Below, one piece after another: positions 20,003 through 31,092 of a stretch of 64,000 nt of DNA. Numbering within the stretch: position 1 is the first letter of the stretch; each line of letters starts with the position of its first letter. The DNA is from a virus. The DNA is taken from the IMG/VR virus record IMGVR_UViG_3300045988_131144, positions 14,352-78,351 of that record; one strand, 5' to 3'. Made by a program: the position numbers and the translations under genes. The notes under the pieces are model-generated. The model did no database searches. It was not told the DNA's origin and saw only the letters and a list, made by a program, of their open reading frames with translations.

Positions 20003-23000
20003 ATGAGCACAATAGTACAGATACAAGTAAATGTAAATGACGCAAAAGCGATAGCCTCGCTTACCAACATAGAGAACATCGGCAAAAGACTGAGCAGCAC
20101 ACCGATAGAGATAAAGGTCAACGCCGGGGCTGTTGACAAAGTCTCAAAGTCGGTTATCCAACTGGCAAAAGAGCAGACCAAACAGGCTACTGCAAGCGCA
20201 AAGCAGGCAGCGGCAGAAGCTAAAGTTCAGGTCGCGCAGGAAAAAACGAAGCAAACTTCTAACAGACTTGCCGCACAGCAAGAGAAAACCGCGCAGTCGG
20301 CCAACAGATTGGCCACTGGGCAGACCAAAGCCGCATCCGCAACGCAAAAAGCGGGCACCGAGGCGCAGAAAACTTCGGCGCTGACCGACCTGCTGGGAGA
20401 CAGCCTTGGTCGTATCGTTGCCAAACAGGCCGCATGGCAACTCATAGGCAACGGAATAGCCGGAGTAAAGAACGCCTTCGTTGATGCCCTCGACACAATG
20501 AAAGAGGTCGACAGTGAGCTTGCGACCGTGCGCAAGGTCACCGGCATGACCAAGGACGAGATGGATGCTCTTGGCGAATCGGCGTACTCCACCGCATCTA
20601 AGTACGGCGTTGCAGCAAACGAGTACCTCCAGAACGTTTCTACTTTCGCCCGTGCAGGTTACAAAGAAGCCGCACAGGGTCTTGGCGAGTTGGCCATAAA
20701 GACGCAGCTCGTCGGCGACACGGATCAGGAGACAGCATCGCAGTTTCTCCTTTCGGCTGATGCAGCGTGGAAATATCACGGCAATGTTGAAAAGCTTTCC
20801 CTCGCGCTGGATGAAGCCAATACCATAGACAACAACTATGCAACATCCATCCAGAAAATAGCTGAAGGCTTGCCCATTGTTGCAAATGTGGCCTCAATGG
20901 CTGGAATGTCCATGGAAGAAACCATGGCCATGCTCGGCACGATCACCGCCACTACGCAGGAGAGCGGTACAAAGGCGGCAACTGCGGCCAGAGCGCTTAT
21001 TCTCAATATTCTGGGCGATACTACTACCGAAATTTCGGATGGCGTGACAGCAACCGAGGAATCCGTACAGTCTCTTAGCGGCATACTCCAGAAGTACGCC
21101 CCCGATGTTGTCGCGGCGGCAGAGGCCACAGGGAAGCTTATAAACCCGATGGAAGCCATCGAAGCACTGTCAAAGGCGGCCAAGGATGGACTTATCTCCG
21201 AAGCAGATTTGATGCAGATGGTCTCTGCCCTCGGCGGAAAACTCCGCACGAACCAGCTCCTTGCGATCCTTGAAAACTTTGATATGTACAAAAGCATGTT
21301 GGCTGATATGGGCGTCGCTGCGGGCAGCGCCGATCAGGAAGTCAGCGTCATGCTCGATACTTGGGACGCGAAGGCAAATATTCTCAATAACACATGGACT
21401 GAATTTATTGCCCACATGGCCGATACCTCAGCCATCAAGGGCGGCCTCGACGTTATTACCGGGCTTGTTAAAGTTCTTGACAGCGACTTTGGGCACTTGG
21501 TAATAACTGCAACGGCGGCGACAACAGCAGTAGCGCTGCTGGGCAAAGCTTTTTCGGCCATAAACGGTTCAGCGCTCATCTCCACATTGAAAGGTATGAC
21601 GAAGAGCGCTGCGGACTTCAAGGCGGGGTGGTCGTTACTTACAGAGGGGTTACGAGCAAACCCATTCACTGTTGTGACGGCGGCTATTACAACGCTGATA
21701 GTAGGGATAAACTTAGCCGTTGATGCCACAGAACGTGCCTATGACAAGATTATAGACCGTGGGAAGGAAGCAAAAAGCGAAGCTGAGAATATTTCCGGAC
21801 TTTACTCTGAATACACAGCGGCGGCAAGTGCCGTAGATGGCACTGCAGAAGCTGACAAGCGCCTGGAACAAGCATCCAAAGACCTCGCCAAAGCCCTTGG
21901 AGCGGAACAGGGAGAAGTAGACGGCCTTGCCAACAGTTACGAAAAACTAACTCAGGATAAGCTAGAAGCCCTTTCGGAAGACGCAGCCGCGGCCGTAATG
22001 GCTGCGGAATATAAGCTTACGGATCCAGCACTTAATAAGGGTGGCATATTCGGTGAAATGCCCTCGGGGCTGCTGATGGCGTTGGGAAAAGAGACCGGCG
22101 AGATTGTGACGACGGCGGAACAGTATTCCGCGGCCTATGAAAAGCTTCGCTCTATACGGTCTCAAATGCTGAAAGATGACGAGAAGACCACCAAAATTAA
22201 TGGCAAAACTTTCCGGTATGACCAAATTGAAAAAGCAATCGAAAGCCTTAAGCCACGGGTAGAAGCTTACAATGACGCCTTAGCCGATCAGCAGGATATA
22301 TTAGACATCATTGAAGGAAAGAGCACCGATACCTCCGATTCTGTTGGGGATTCGTTTGAGGAAGTAAAGAGCTCGGTCGACGCAGCGACAGAAGCTTTAC
22401 AGAGATACAACGCCGAACTTGACGGGCTGGCTGACAAAGAAGCCAACGCAAATGCGATGCAGACAGCCTTCAACAACGCCATGAAGGACTTTCAGGCAGG
22501 CAAAGTCAGCTCGGCATACGTCAAGTCTTTCTACGACCAGTTTATCCCCGACGATATAAAAGAGCAGTTTGGGTATAGCGTCGCCGATGCCATGGAATGG
22601 GCGATGAGCGACAGCAACCTCGGCAAAATATTCAACAGCGGCGATATGTTTGGTGCATTTTATGATGTCATCAATGAAGCCGCGCAGGGTGGCTCACTCG
22701 ACGGAATCGTCTCGTTCGATGACAGCGGGGCGATCACAGCGATCTCCTCCTATAAGGAACTCGCAGAACAACTCGGAATAACCGAGGGGATGGCGCAGGC
22801 TCTCGCTCAGGGACTCAGTGTCTACATGGACGGTGTCTTCTACACAGGAGAGGAAGCCTCCAATATCGTATCACAGTTGGGTGACAAACTCGGTGAGGGT
22901 TCGCATTCTCTCTCAGACTATGCGTCTGCACTCTCTCAAATCACGGGACAGACGACCGTCGAGGGACTTCTCAGCGTATTTGAGGGGCTGGAACGAGCAG

Positions 23001-24652
23001 GAGCTGTCAATTGGGCAGATAAACTCGGTGTAGGTTCCGCTGAGGAAGCCCGTAGTCAAATAATCTCGACAATCGAGGCGCTTCTCGGAGAGACAGACGA
23101 CGCCAAAGCCAAAGCTAAGGATCCTGTTACGTTTGATGTTGACGCGGAGATTGATGAGGCAAACGCAAAGCTTGCTCAATTAGACGAGAAGAAAAAAACC
23201 GCCTCCGGTTCGGTGGATGTGCCGGTAACCGTCCCTGGCGCGGCAGAGGCCGAGCAACAGCTTGGCGATGTTAAGCAAGCGAAGGATGACGCAAGCGGAG
23301 ACGTGGAGTCTGGCGTGGATGCGTCGGGAGCAGCAGAAGCGGCGAGCGAACTGCGTGACGTTGGCGATGCCGCAAACGAAATCCCCGATTCCAAGCAGAT
23401 ACACGTTTCCGTTAGAGACAACGCAAGCGGCGTACTCAATGTAATCTATTCACGCCTTGCCTCGATTCGGAGCAAAACCGTCACGATCACCACAATAGAG
23501 AAAAAATACAAGCAAACAGCAAGCGGTGCCCTCATCCCAACTAATGCGGGCGGCACTCAAAATTCTCCCGGTGGTCGCGCGGTGGTCAACGACGGTGCGC
23601 CAGTTAATGGCAGTTCGGCAGAACTTATCGTGGACAACGGCGATGCCTATATTGCCAATGGCGGCAAAATGGCCATTGTCGACCTGTCCCCCGGTGCCAA
23701 AGTCTACACCGCAAAGCAAACCCAAGATATGCTTACCGGCGAGAAAGAAGAAATTCCGATGCACGCAGGCGGCACAGGGCTTGTAAGACCCGGCGGCAAT
23801 GGTGGTGTCTACGGCGGCGACCACAGCGGCGGAACTGGCGTCGGCGGCAGCACAGCCAGCAACACCGAAGAAGATGATCCGCTAAAAAAAGAAGTCAGTG
23901 AAAAGCTCGACAACATAGACAAGCAGATTGAGCTTGCCCGGAACCGGAATGACCGAGCCAAAGAACAGGCTTTGCAGGAGCAGGCCGCAAAGATGGTTCG
24001 AGATTTCGTGCAACAGTACCTCAACAAGGGATACAGCAACACATCAAACGAAGTTCTTGATCTTCTGAACCGCGGTTACGGCTACTCTGATGACCTTATG
24101 GGCGAGTTGGTCGACTCATTGGAGGCTCTTACCGATTCGACCAACGCAGCCAATAAGCTTGCAGAGAAGCAACAGGCGGTTGAAAAGGCACGGCAGGAGC
24201 TTGAAAACACCAAGAAACAGCGCACGGTCAGAATCTACAATCCAGTCACCGGACAGTGGGAATGGGTGGCAAAAGCCGATGACATCCTCAAGGCTCAAGA
24301 GAATCTGGCAGAGGCAGAGAAAGATTATCAGGATGCCAAAATCGAGCAGGAACTTGATGCGATCAAGAACGGCAATATCGGTGATATTGGTGACCTGACC
24401 ATGAGTCCGGCGTTGCGAGAGTTGATATCCAATGCAAGCGACGAAGAGCAGAAGCGCATTGCCGATATTCTGCACGCCATTTCAGGCGGTGCAAAGAACA
24501 CCACCGATACCACCGGCGAGAGCATCTTCCGCAGCACCGACAGTCACGACGTATACTACCAGTTCGGTGATTTGAAGCTCTCTGAAGCCGAGGCGAAAAA
24601 CATGACCGTCAAGGAGCTTGCCGAAAAGCTCAAGACTTTGAAGCTCACTTAA
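20003..24652 (+). CDS. tail tape measure protein
   Basis: 1549 aa, the largest ORF; Ala/Gln/Lys-rich coiled coils and central hydrophobic segments; canonical position. Confidence 0.85.
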   Translation: MSTIVQIQVNVNDAKAIASLTNIENIGKRLSSTPIEIKVNAGAVDKVSKSVIQLAKEQTKQATASAKQAAAEAKVQVAQEKTKQTSNRLAAQQEKTAQSANRLATGQTKAASATQKAGTEAQKTSALTDLLGDSLGRIVAKQAAWQLIGNGIAGVKNAFVDALDTMKEVDSELATVRKVTGMTKDEMDALGESAYSTASKYGVAANEYLQNVSTFARAGYKEAAQGLGELAIKTQLVGDTDQETASQFLLSADAAWKYHGNVEKLSLALDEANTIDNNYATSIQKIAEGLPIVANVASMAGMSMEETMAMLGTITATTQESGTKAATAARALILNILGDTTTEISDGVTATEESVQSLSGILQKYAPDVVAAAEATGKLINPMEAIEALSKAAKDGLISEADLMQMVSALGGKLRTNQLLAILENFDMYKSMLADMGVAAGSADQEVSVMLDTWDAKANILNNTWTEFIAHMADTSAIKGGLDVITGLVKVLDSDFGHLVITATAATTAVALLGKAFSAINGSALISTLKGMTKSAADFKAGWSLLTEGLRANPFTVVTAAITTLIVGINLAVDATERAYDKIIDRGKEAKSEAENISGLYSEYTAAASAVDGTAEADKRLEQASKDLAKALGAEQGEVDGLANSYEKLTQDKLEALSEDAAAAVMAAEYKLTDPALNKGGIFGEMPSGLLMALGKETGEIVTTAEQYSAAYEKLRSIRSQMLKDDEKTTKINGKTFRYDQIEKAIESLKPRVEAYNDALADQQDILDIIEGKSTDTSDSVGDSFEEVKSSVDAATEALQRYNAELDGLADKEANANAMQTAFNNAMKDFQAGKVSSAYVKSFYDQFIPDDIKEQFGYSVADAMEWAMSDSNLGKIFNSGDMFGAFYDVINEAAQGGSLDGIVSFDDSGAITAISSYKELAEQLGITEGMAQALAQGLSVYMDGVFYTGEEASNIVSQLGDKLGEGSHSLSDYASALSQITGQTTVEGLLSVFEGLERAGAVNWADKLGVGSAEEARSQIISTIEALLGETDDAKAKAKDPVTFDVDAEIDEANAKLAQLDEKKKTASGSVDVPVTVPGAAEAEQQLGDVKQAKDDASGDVESGVDASGAAEAASELRDVGDAANEIPDSKQIHVSVRDNASGVLNVIYSRLASIRSKTVTITTIEKKYKQTASGALIPTNAGGTQNSPGGRAVVNDGAPVNGSSAELIVDNGDAYIANGGKMAIVDLSPGAKVYTAKQTQDMLTGEKEEIPMHAGGTGLVRPGGNGGVYGGDHSGGTGVGGSTASNTEEDDPLKKEVSEKLDNIDKQIELARNRNDRAKEQALQEQAAKMVRDFVQQYLNKGYSNTSNEVLDLLNRGYGYSDDLMGELVDSLEALTDSTNAANKLAEKQQAVEKARQELENTKKQRTVRIYNPVTGQWEWVAKADDILKAQENLAEAEKDYQDAKIEQELDAIKNGNIGDIGDLTMSPALRELISNASDEEQKRIADILHAISGGAKNTTDTTGESIFRSTDSHDVYYQFGDLKLSEAEAKNMTVKELAEKLKTLKLT

Positions 24653-24667
24653 ACGGGAGGCGGAAAT

Positions 24668-24946
24668 ATGCTCGAAGGAATCATAGAATTTTGGAACGCA
24701 CTAAAACCCAAGGTAGATCAGGCCGTGACCGAGAGAACTGGGAACTGCCTGCGCGTGGACAGGTTCGACGTCGTCGCCGCTCCAAGTAACGGGAAGATAT
24801 CTGTGCGTCAGCCATACGGGCGCACGATATCTATCCCGTACTGCGAAGAAGTCGCAACCGCCACAGCCGGAGACACAGTGCTTGTCATCTGGTGGGGAAG
24901 CCTGTCGACCGGCAAAGCATGGTGTTTCGGCGACGGGCCGAAGTGA
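24668..24946 (+). CDS. hypothetical tail protein
   Basis: 92-aa ORF after the tape measure. Confidence 0.45.
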   Translation: MLEGIIEFWNALKPKVDQAVTERTGNCLRVDRFDVVAAPSNGKISVRQPYGRTISIPYCEEVATATAGDTVLVIWWGSLSTGKAWCFGDGPK

Positions 24947-24962
24947 TGGGAGGTGAGAAGCT

Positions 24963-26603
24963 TTGCTTTTTCAGCCGTCAAATATAAGCCCTGATGAAAT
25001 AAACAGCAGCGGTACAGTAGACCTGACGCAGCCGCTGGACATAAGCTGGCAGGTCAACGGCGACTCGCCTATGCTGGCTTACCAAATAGTTTTTTACGCA
25101 AACGACTCCTCATCCACTCAAAAGTACGACACGGGCAAGGTTCTGCTGACCACTCCGTTCTGGGGCGTAAACTACGCGGGGGAGACTCAATTCTATACCG
25201 TAACCATCCCCAAAGCGACGCTCAGCGCCAACGGAATTACAAACGGCGCGGAGTACAAGTTCATCATAACCCAGTGGTGGAGCGGCGCGGACTCCGTCAC
25301 GCAGTCTACGGCGTCGCTCTTTCTCGGCAGAAGCGATCCGACCGTAGCCATATCCTATATAAGCAGTCCGTTAACGGGCTATTCCGGGACATTTACCGGA
25401 ACATACACTCAGGCACAGGGAGACGCTCTCGCATGGGTACGGTGGCGCATATGCGAAGTTGACAGCGAAGGCAACCGAGGAGACGCGTTTGTGGACACCG
25501 GCAAAATATATGGAACCGGTGAGTTAAGGGTAGACTATTCCGGATTCCTCAACGACACCAGTTACAGCATCATCCTTGATGTTCAGACGGTAAACGGCGT
25601 TGATGCGTCAAGCGGCTGGGTAGACTTCCATGTTGAATACGAGGTATCCGAAGATTCGGTCGGCAGTGCAAGCGCCTGTCAGACCTCGGACGGAAGCGTA
25701 CTGGTAACTTGGGCGCAGATAGAAACGACTCAAGGTTACGACATCTATCGCAGAACGACCGGACAGAGCAATCTTGAAAAGATAGTGACTGTAGGGCGGA
25801 CAGTCGGGGAGATTCGAGATTGGAGTGCGTGTTCCGGGCAGGAATATACATATTATGTTTTCCCCACAGGCCCATTGGCATACCTCACTGCTGCAATCGT
25901 CACCAACGCCGTGAAAGTGCAGTTCTGGATGTGGAATATCATAGAAGCCACTCCCAATGCAGACGGCACATATACCGCTGTGGCAAGCTACTTCTTCCGC
26001 TTTGGCAGCGGCGGTGTGGCTGAGGGACAGTTCTCCAACAACAACTCCCCTACCCTGCAGAAGAACTTCACCCGATACCCAACGCGGCAGCCAGAAACGC
26101 CTAATTACCTTACCGGCAGCGTCGGCGGTTATATTGGCAAGATAGGCAAGGATGCAACATACTCGGACACCTTGGCTCAGGCGCGGGCACTGAGGAATCT
26201 CTCGACATCTGAAAACACCTTATTCCTGCGTGACCCCAAGGGGCATTTCCTCAACATCCATACCAATCAGCCAGTCACGGTAAGCGTAGACCATAAGAGC
26301 GTGACCATGCCGCAGACCGTGACGGTAAGTTGGGTAGAAGTCGGAGATGCGACCGGGCTTAAGATAATCAACTCGCCCGAAGCGACGTTCTGGCCGAGTG
26401 ACGCCATCATATTCACTAGCATAAAGGTCGACCCGTCGACGGGGCGCCTTATATGGACTACCGAAGACGATTATGAGCTTGGCTCCGTACTTAGTCTCAA
26501 AAACGGAAGACTCATTCAGACAACGACTGACGGTTTTACCGTTGCTGGACTCGAAATCATTGACGGCAACACCCTTCAGGCGACTTCTAACGTGGGAGGG
26601 TGA
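24963..26603 (+). CDS. putative distal tail protein
   Basis: 546 aa, TTG start behind a GGGAGGTGAG RBS; call rests on position after the tape measure. Confidence 0.4.
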   Translation: MLFQPSNISPDEINSSGTVDLTQPLDISWQVNGDSPMLAYQIVFYANDSSSTQKYDTGKVLLTTPFWGVNYAGETQFYTVTIPKATLSANGITNGAEYKFIITQWWSGADSVTQSTASLFLGRSDPTVAISYISSPLTGYSGTFTGTYTQAQGDALAWVRWRICEVDSEGNRGDAFVDTGKIYGTGELRVDYSGFLNDTSYSIILDVQTVNGVDASSGWVDFHVEYEVSEDSVGSASACQTSDGSVLVTWAQIETTQGYDIYRRTTGQSNLEKIVTVGRTVGEIRDWSACSGQEYTYYVFPTGPLAYLTAAIVTNAVKVQFWMWNIIEATPNADGTYTAVASYFFRFGSGGVAEGQFSNNNSPTLQKNFTRYPTRQPETPNYLTGSVGGYIGKIGKDATYSDTLAQARALRNLSTSENTLFLRDPKGHFLNIHTNQPVTVSVDHKSVTMPQTVTVSWVEVGDATGLKIINSPEATFWPSDAIIFTSIKVDPSTGRLIWTTEDDYELGSVLSLKNGRLIQTTTDGFTVAGLEIIDGNTLQATSNVGG

Positions 26604-26610
26604 GCGCAGA

Positions 26611-27885
26611 ATGTATAGCAAAAACTGGCAGCAATACCTTTCCACGTTAAAGACCGACTTCACAAAACTGGCAAAGCTTGAGTTCCTGCAGCCAAACGGA
26701 AGCGTTGCCTTCGCTCTGGATAATCAGGTGGCGAACAAACGTTCTAAAGCCTTTATTCAAGAAGGTGACATTACTGTGAACTTACAGAATGGCAGCCGCA
26801 GGCAGGTAAACATCTCCCTTGCAAACCTCGATGGAGCTTATGATTATGCGCTCAACAAGATATGGTTCGGGCAGCAGATCAGGCTCTCCGAGGGGCTGAT
26901 ACTTCCGGACGGTACAGACTTCTATATCCCACAGGGAGTGTTCCTTGTGGAGAATCCGGAAGAGGCTTTCGAGCCGGGACTTCGGCAGGCCTCATATCAG
27001 CTGACCGACAAATGGGCAGCAATCGACGGAACACTTGGCGGCAACCTTGAGGGCGCTTACGGCGTGAATGCTGGAACCAACATCTTTGCCGCCATAGCTT
27101 CCCTGCTCAGGCTCAACCGCTTTGATATGTCTGGAACGACGGGCGCGCCCATAGATGCAGTTGCTCCACTCTTTACAAGCTATTACAACGACAAAACGCA
27201 GACGCTTACCGACGGCACAAGTGTGAGTTTGATAACCGCGCCTTACGACTATCTCAGTTCTGAGACAGGAAATATCGGTGAGGTCATCCTCGGACTTGGC
27301 GAGATGCTGGCCGCGTGGGTCGGCTATAACCCGACCGGACGGCTGACCGTCGACCCGTCACAGGATGACATCCTTGACACGTCAAAACCTGTCCTATGGG
27401 ACTTCTCAATGGGCAAGCAGCTGATGGGCATCCGGTACGCGCCGAAGCCCGCCGAGGTATACAACGACGTCATTGTAGTTGGCGCGACGAACAACGAAAG
27501 CCTTACCGCCCGTGGCAGAGCGCAGAACCGCGACATTTCCTCTGACACCTGCATTAGCCGCATAGGGCTGAAAACCAAGCGACTTTCAATGAAGGACTAT
27601 TACTCAGATGAAATGTGTCAGGCGTATGCCGAATGGCAGCTCAAGCGTTATGCCGTGCTGGGCAAGACTGTGACCTTGACCACGACGCAGATGTTCCACA
27701 TTGTGGAAAACCAGATCATAACCATACGGCGAGAGGACAAGCCCGGATCGCCCACCGAGAGGCATCTTGTACAGGGCTTCACAAGGCCGATAGGGCAGAC
27801 GGGAACCATGACCATAAACGCAGTTTCAGTCAACGACTTCCCCATTGCTACAGCCGTCATAGACGATGAAAGAATAGGAGCGTGA
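26611..27885 (+). CDS. putative tail tip/baseplate protein
   Basis: ATG at 26611 behind a GGGAGGGTGAG RBS; 424 aa; position. Confidence 0.4.
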   Translation: MYSKNWQQYLSTLKTDFTKLAKLEFLQPNGSVAFALDNQVANKRSKAFIQEGDITVNLQNGSRRQVNISLANLDGAYDYALNKIWFGQQIRLSEGLILPDGTDFYIPQGVFLVENPEEAFEPGLRQASYQLTDKWAAIDGTLGGNLEGAYGVNAGTNIFAAIASLLRLNRFDMSGTTGAPIDAVAPLFTSYYNDKTQTLTDGTSVSLITAPYDYLSSETGNIGEVILGLGEMLAAWVGYNPTGRLTVDPSQDDILDTSKPVLWDFSMGKQLMGIRYAPKPAEVYNDVIVVGATNNESLTARGRAQNRDISSDTCISRIGLKTKRLSMKDYYSDEMCQAYAEWQLKRYAVLGKTVTLTTTQMFHIVENQIITIRREDKPGSPTERHLVQGFTRPIGQTGTMTINAVSVNDFPIATAVIDDERIGA

Positions 27886-27891
27886 TAAGAG

Positions 27892-28491
27892 ATGGCACAA
27901 TACGACCTCGGTAAAGTATCAATCAGACCACGCGGCGCATATGCCGCAAATACCAACTACGAGTTTCTTGACAGTGTGCAGAACCTTGGCGGCTCGTGGC
28001 TGGCGCTTGCTGCAAGTAAGGATGTTCAGCCCGGGGTCACCGCAGGGTGGCAAAATTACTGGATGATGATAACACGGGGCATCAAAACCATCGTCGGCAG
28101 CAGCCCCGCAGATGGTCAAACCAAAATCACGATAACGTTCACGGACGACACAACTGCTTCGTTTACCTATAATAATGAAGTACTTGCGGACGGTAGTGTG
28201 ACGTATCAGAAGCTTGCATCAGATGCTGTTAAATTGCAGTTCCTTAACACCGCAATCGCCACGGCATCCTTTGTCTCTAACAGTACATATCAGGATTATC
28301 CTTACAGGGCATCTGTGGGCCTCACTGGTGTTTTGGCAAGCATGACACCGGAAATCATCTTTTCGCTTACAGATGCCACGAGTGGGAATTTTGCACCCGT
28401 AGCAGAGTGCTATAACGGCGGTATATATCTGTATGCGGCGTCTGCGCCTGATGCAGCCGTCACGATACCTACAATTATCTGTTGGAGGTGA
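27892..28491 (+). CDS. hypothetical tail protein
   Basis: 199-aa ORF. Confidence 0.45.
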   Translation: MAQYDLGKVSIRPRGAYAANTNYEFLDSVQNLGGSWLALAASKDVQPGVTAGWQNYWMMITRGIKTIVGSSPADGQTKITITFTDDTTASFTYNNEVLADGSVTYQKLASDAVKLQFLNTAIATASFVSNSTYQDYPYRASVGLTGVLASMTPEIIFSLTDATSGNFAPVAECYNGGIYLYAASAPDAAVTIPTIICWR

Positions 28492-28499
28492 GTATCTAA

Positions 28500-29444
28500 A
28501 TGGCAATAGGAAAAACAAACGCAGGAGGCAGCAGTGGTTCCGGTGGTACTCTTACAGTTACCGGCATTGCAGGCGACATCGTGACCGTCAGTAAAGACGG
28601 GAAAACCTATACCCGGACATTCAATAGCAGCGGTGTTGCAGTCTTCAAGGGTCTTTCAACCGGTACATGGACTGTTACCATGACAAACAGTGCGGGCCAG
28701 ACCGCGACACGAATTGTCGAGATTACGGCTGATTATACACTTACAATAGCATATTTCTCTGCAACTATCTCCATTACTTACCCAGCACAGAGCACCTGTG
28801 TAATTAAAAACAGTTCCGGAGTACAGGTAGCAAGCGACACTAACGCTGGCACGAGCGCAAAGACGTGGACAGCAACAGTAGGCGCAACTGGGACGTATAC
28901 TATTACTGCGACAGCGACGGATGGCAGCGGCAAGACGAAGTCTACTACAGTATCTATTACTACTGATGGACAAAGTGAGAGCGTGACGCTGACGTATGAG
29001 TTGATCCTCTTTGACGGCGGCGACAATACAGGTGTTACGGGCGGTTGGAAAGGAACGAACGTTACACCAACCGTGTCTAACGTGTTGTCTTTTAGTATAA
29101 CAAACACAGACGCAACGTTCCCTAAAGCTGCCAGTGTTTATACGGAGAATAAAATTGACCTCTCAAAATACAACAAACTGACAGTAATAAAATCTGAGGC
29201 TAACGGTTGGTATATTGGAGTAGCCGAAAACAAGTTCTCATGGAGCACTTATCCTCCGGGTGTTGCCGACATAGGTTTTATTGCTTATGCTAACTTGCAC
29301 ACCAGTGATGCTCGTATTGAACTTGATATTAGCGGAATAAACACGGAATGTTATGTGGCGACATATGAAATGCTCGGTTCCATAAATCCCGAAGTGGGGG
29401 CAAAAAGTAGTTCTGCCACACTTACTAATATCACGCTTAGTTAA
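28500..29444 (+). CDS. putative tail fibre / receptor-binding protein with Ig-like repeats
   Basis: Gly-rich N-terminus, then repeated TWTVT.../TWTATVGATGTYTITATATDGSGKT beta-rich repeats. Confidence 0.4.
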   Translation: MAIGKTNAGGSSGSGGTLTVTGIAGDIVTVSKDGKTYTRTFNSSGVAVFKGLSTGTWTVTMTNSAGQTATRIVEITADYTLTIAYFSATISITYPAQSTCVIKNSSGVQVASDTNAGTSAKTWTATVGATGTYTITATATDGSGKTKSTTVSITTDGQSESVTLTYELILFDGGDNTGVTGGWKGTNVTPTVSNVLSFSITNTDATFPKAASVYTENKIDLSKYNKLTVIKSEANGWYIGVAENKFSWSTYPPGVADIGFIAYANLHTSDARIELDISGINTECYVATYEMLGSINPEVGAKSSSATLTNITLS

Positions 29445-29456
29445 GGGAGACAGGAG

Positions 29457-29747
29457 ATGAAAATTTATATTGATAATGAATACAAGTGCCATGTCTCTAA
29501 TGACGGTAATATGCGCGAATTTGACTTGCCCTTTTTCGCCGGCAAGTGCGCAGAGTTTGTAGAGGGGTACCGCTATGTGCCGAGCGGCGAGACGTGGACA
29601 CGTGGGGATGGTCAGGCGTTCAGCGGGGAGATGATAGCCCCATGGAAACTATACACCCAGCTTTACAAAGCGCAGTTAGAATATGAGGTAGCGCGATATG
29701 AAGCTGCTTTGTCAGAAATCGAGACTGCGTTGGAGGTACAGAAATGA
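29457..29747 (+). CDS. hypothetical protein
   Basis: 96-aa ORF. Confidence 0.45.
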   Translation: MKIYIDNEYKCHVSNDGNMREFDLPFFAGKCAEFVEGYRYVPSGETWTRGDGQAFSGEMIAPWKLYTQLYKAQLEYEVARYEAALSEIETALEVQK

Positions 29748-29881
29748 CGATAGAAGAACGGAAGAATGCCATCCTTGTCAAAATCACCGAGATAAAGCAG
29801 GGTGGAACTGATGAGGAAAAGCAGGACATGAAAGCCGCATTGGATTTACTTGGTGTAGTCAATGAGGAGGAAGCAACATGA
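29744..29881 (+). CDS. small hypothetical protein (45 aa)
   Basis: ATGA overlaps at both ends; MTIEERKNAILVKITEIKQGGTDEEKQDMKAALDLLGVVNEEEAT. Confidence 0.3.
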   Translation: MTIEERKNAILVKITEIKQGGTDEEKQDMKAALDLLGVVNEEEAT

Positions 29882-30312
29882 GTTATCTTAATGGAGCTAA
29901 AAAGCTTCGCGCGGCGATGGACACCGCGGGGAATGCCCTCTCGGATGCGCAGGCGCGCACCTGCAAGCTTATCTATCAGCAGTGGTCCAATCTCATAGGC
30001 ACAACCGCAACGCCGGGACAGCGCTTCCTGTACGGTGATACGCTATACAGAGTTCGCACCGATGCGTCGGAGCACACCTTCAGCTCCGAGTGGGTGCCGG
30101 GCGTGCCGACCGCCGCACTCTACGAGGCTATAGACGAAGAGCACAGCGGCACGATTGACGATCCTATCCCGTTCACTCAGCCGATGCAGATTTACAATGG
30201 CAAGTATTACAGTCAGAACGGTAAGGTCTATCTCTGCACCCGCGACAGCGGTCAGCCGCTCGCGTACGACCTCGTCGAACTGGTAGGACTCTATGTAACG
30301 GAGGTAAGTTAA
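29878..30312 (+). CDS. hypothetical protein
   Basis: 144-aa ORF upstream of the endolysin; no TM segment seen. Confidence 0.45.
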   Translation: MSYLNGAKKLRAAMDTAGNALSDAQARTCKLIYQQWSNLIGTTATPGQRFLYGDTLYRVRTDASEHTFSSEWVPGVPTAALYEAIDEEHSGTIDDPIPFTQPMQIYNGKYYSQNGKVYLCTRDSGQPLAYDLVELVGLYVTEVS

Positions 30313-31019
30313 TGGGAATCATCGACAATGCCGTGGACCGCGCGCTTGAGATCGCGGCGGACAACAGCCACGGCTATGACCAGGCCAACCGCTGGGGGCC
30401 TGATTATGATTGTAGTAGCCTTGTGATAGACTGTTTTAAGCACGCTGGACTTCCCCTCAGTTGCACGTACACCGGAAACATGCGCAGCGACATGATGCGC
30501 TGCGGCTTCGAGGACGTGACGGGCAGCGTTGACCTCGGCACAGGCGCGGGACTTGAGCGAGGGGATGTGCTCCTGAACCACGTCCATCATACCGCCCTGT
30601 ATATCGGCGGCGGTCAGCTCGTGCAGGCGAGCGTCAACGAGTACGGCACTACGACCGGAGGGCAGACCGGTGACCAGACCGGGCGCGAGATATACATTCG
30701 TAGCTATTATAATTATCCTTGGGATGTAGTCCTTAGATATAATGGAAGTGCTGAAAATATAGCTCCATCAAGCCCTGAAATGCCTAAGCTTAATCGTAAT
30801 ATTACGGTATCTTTGCCTGAGATACAGAATGGTGATATAGATGTTTCTGTCGCTATGCTTCAGGCGGCGTTAAAGTATAAGGGCTACAATCCAAGATGGG
30901 TTGATGGCGAGTTTGGCGCTCAGACCGGAGCCGCACTTAAAGCTTTTCAGTCCGACCACGGCTTAGACGCTGACGCGATCTGCGGAAAAGCGACATGGAA
31001 TGAGATAACCAAAGCGTAA
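30312..31019 (+). CDS. endolysin: NlpC/P60-like peptidase plus PG_binding_1 domain
   Basis: Catalytic-Cys context YDCSSLV and His context HHTALYIGGG; C-terminal LQAALKYKGYNPRWVDGEFGAQTGAALKAFQSDHGL peptidoglycan-binding repeat. Confidence 0.75.
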   Translation: MGIIDNAVDRALEIAADNSHGYDQANRWGPDYDCSSLVIDCFKHAGLPLSCTYTGNMRSDMMRCGFEDVTGSVDLGTGAGLERGDVLLNHVHHTALYIGGGQLVQASVNEYGTTTGGQTGDQTGREIYIRSYYNYPWDVVLRYNGSAENIAPSSPEMPKLNRNITVSLPEIQNGDIDVSVAMLQAALKYKGYNPRWVDGEFGAQTGAALKAFQSDHGLDADAICGKATWNEITKA

Positions 31020-31029
31020 GCATGCACAC

Positions 31030-31068
31030 AAAGCCCCCAGAGCGTCCAAGCGGCGTTCTGAGGGCTTT
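31030..31068. terminator. bidirectional hairpin between the convergent endolysin and integrase genes
   Basis: AAAGCCCCCAGA...TCTGAGGGCTTT, 12-bp stem with one mismatch. Confidence 0.5.
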
Positions 31069-31092
31069 GCCATATTTAATTCATCGCCGCAA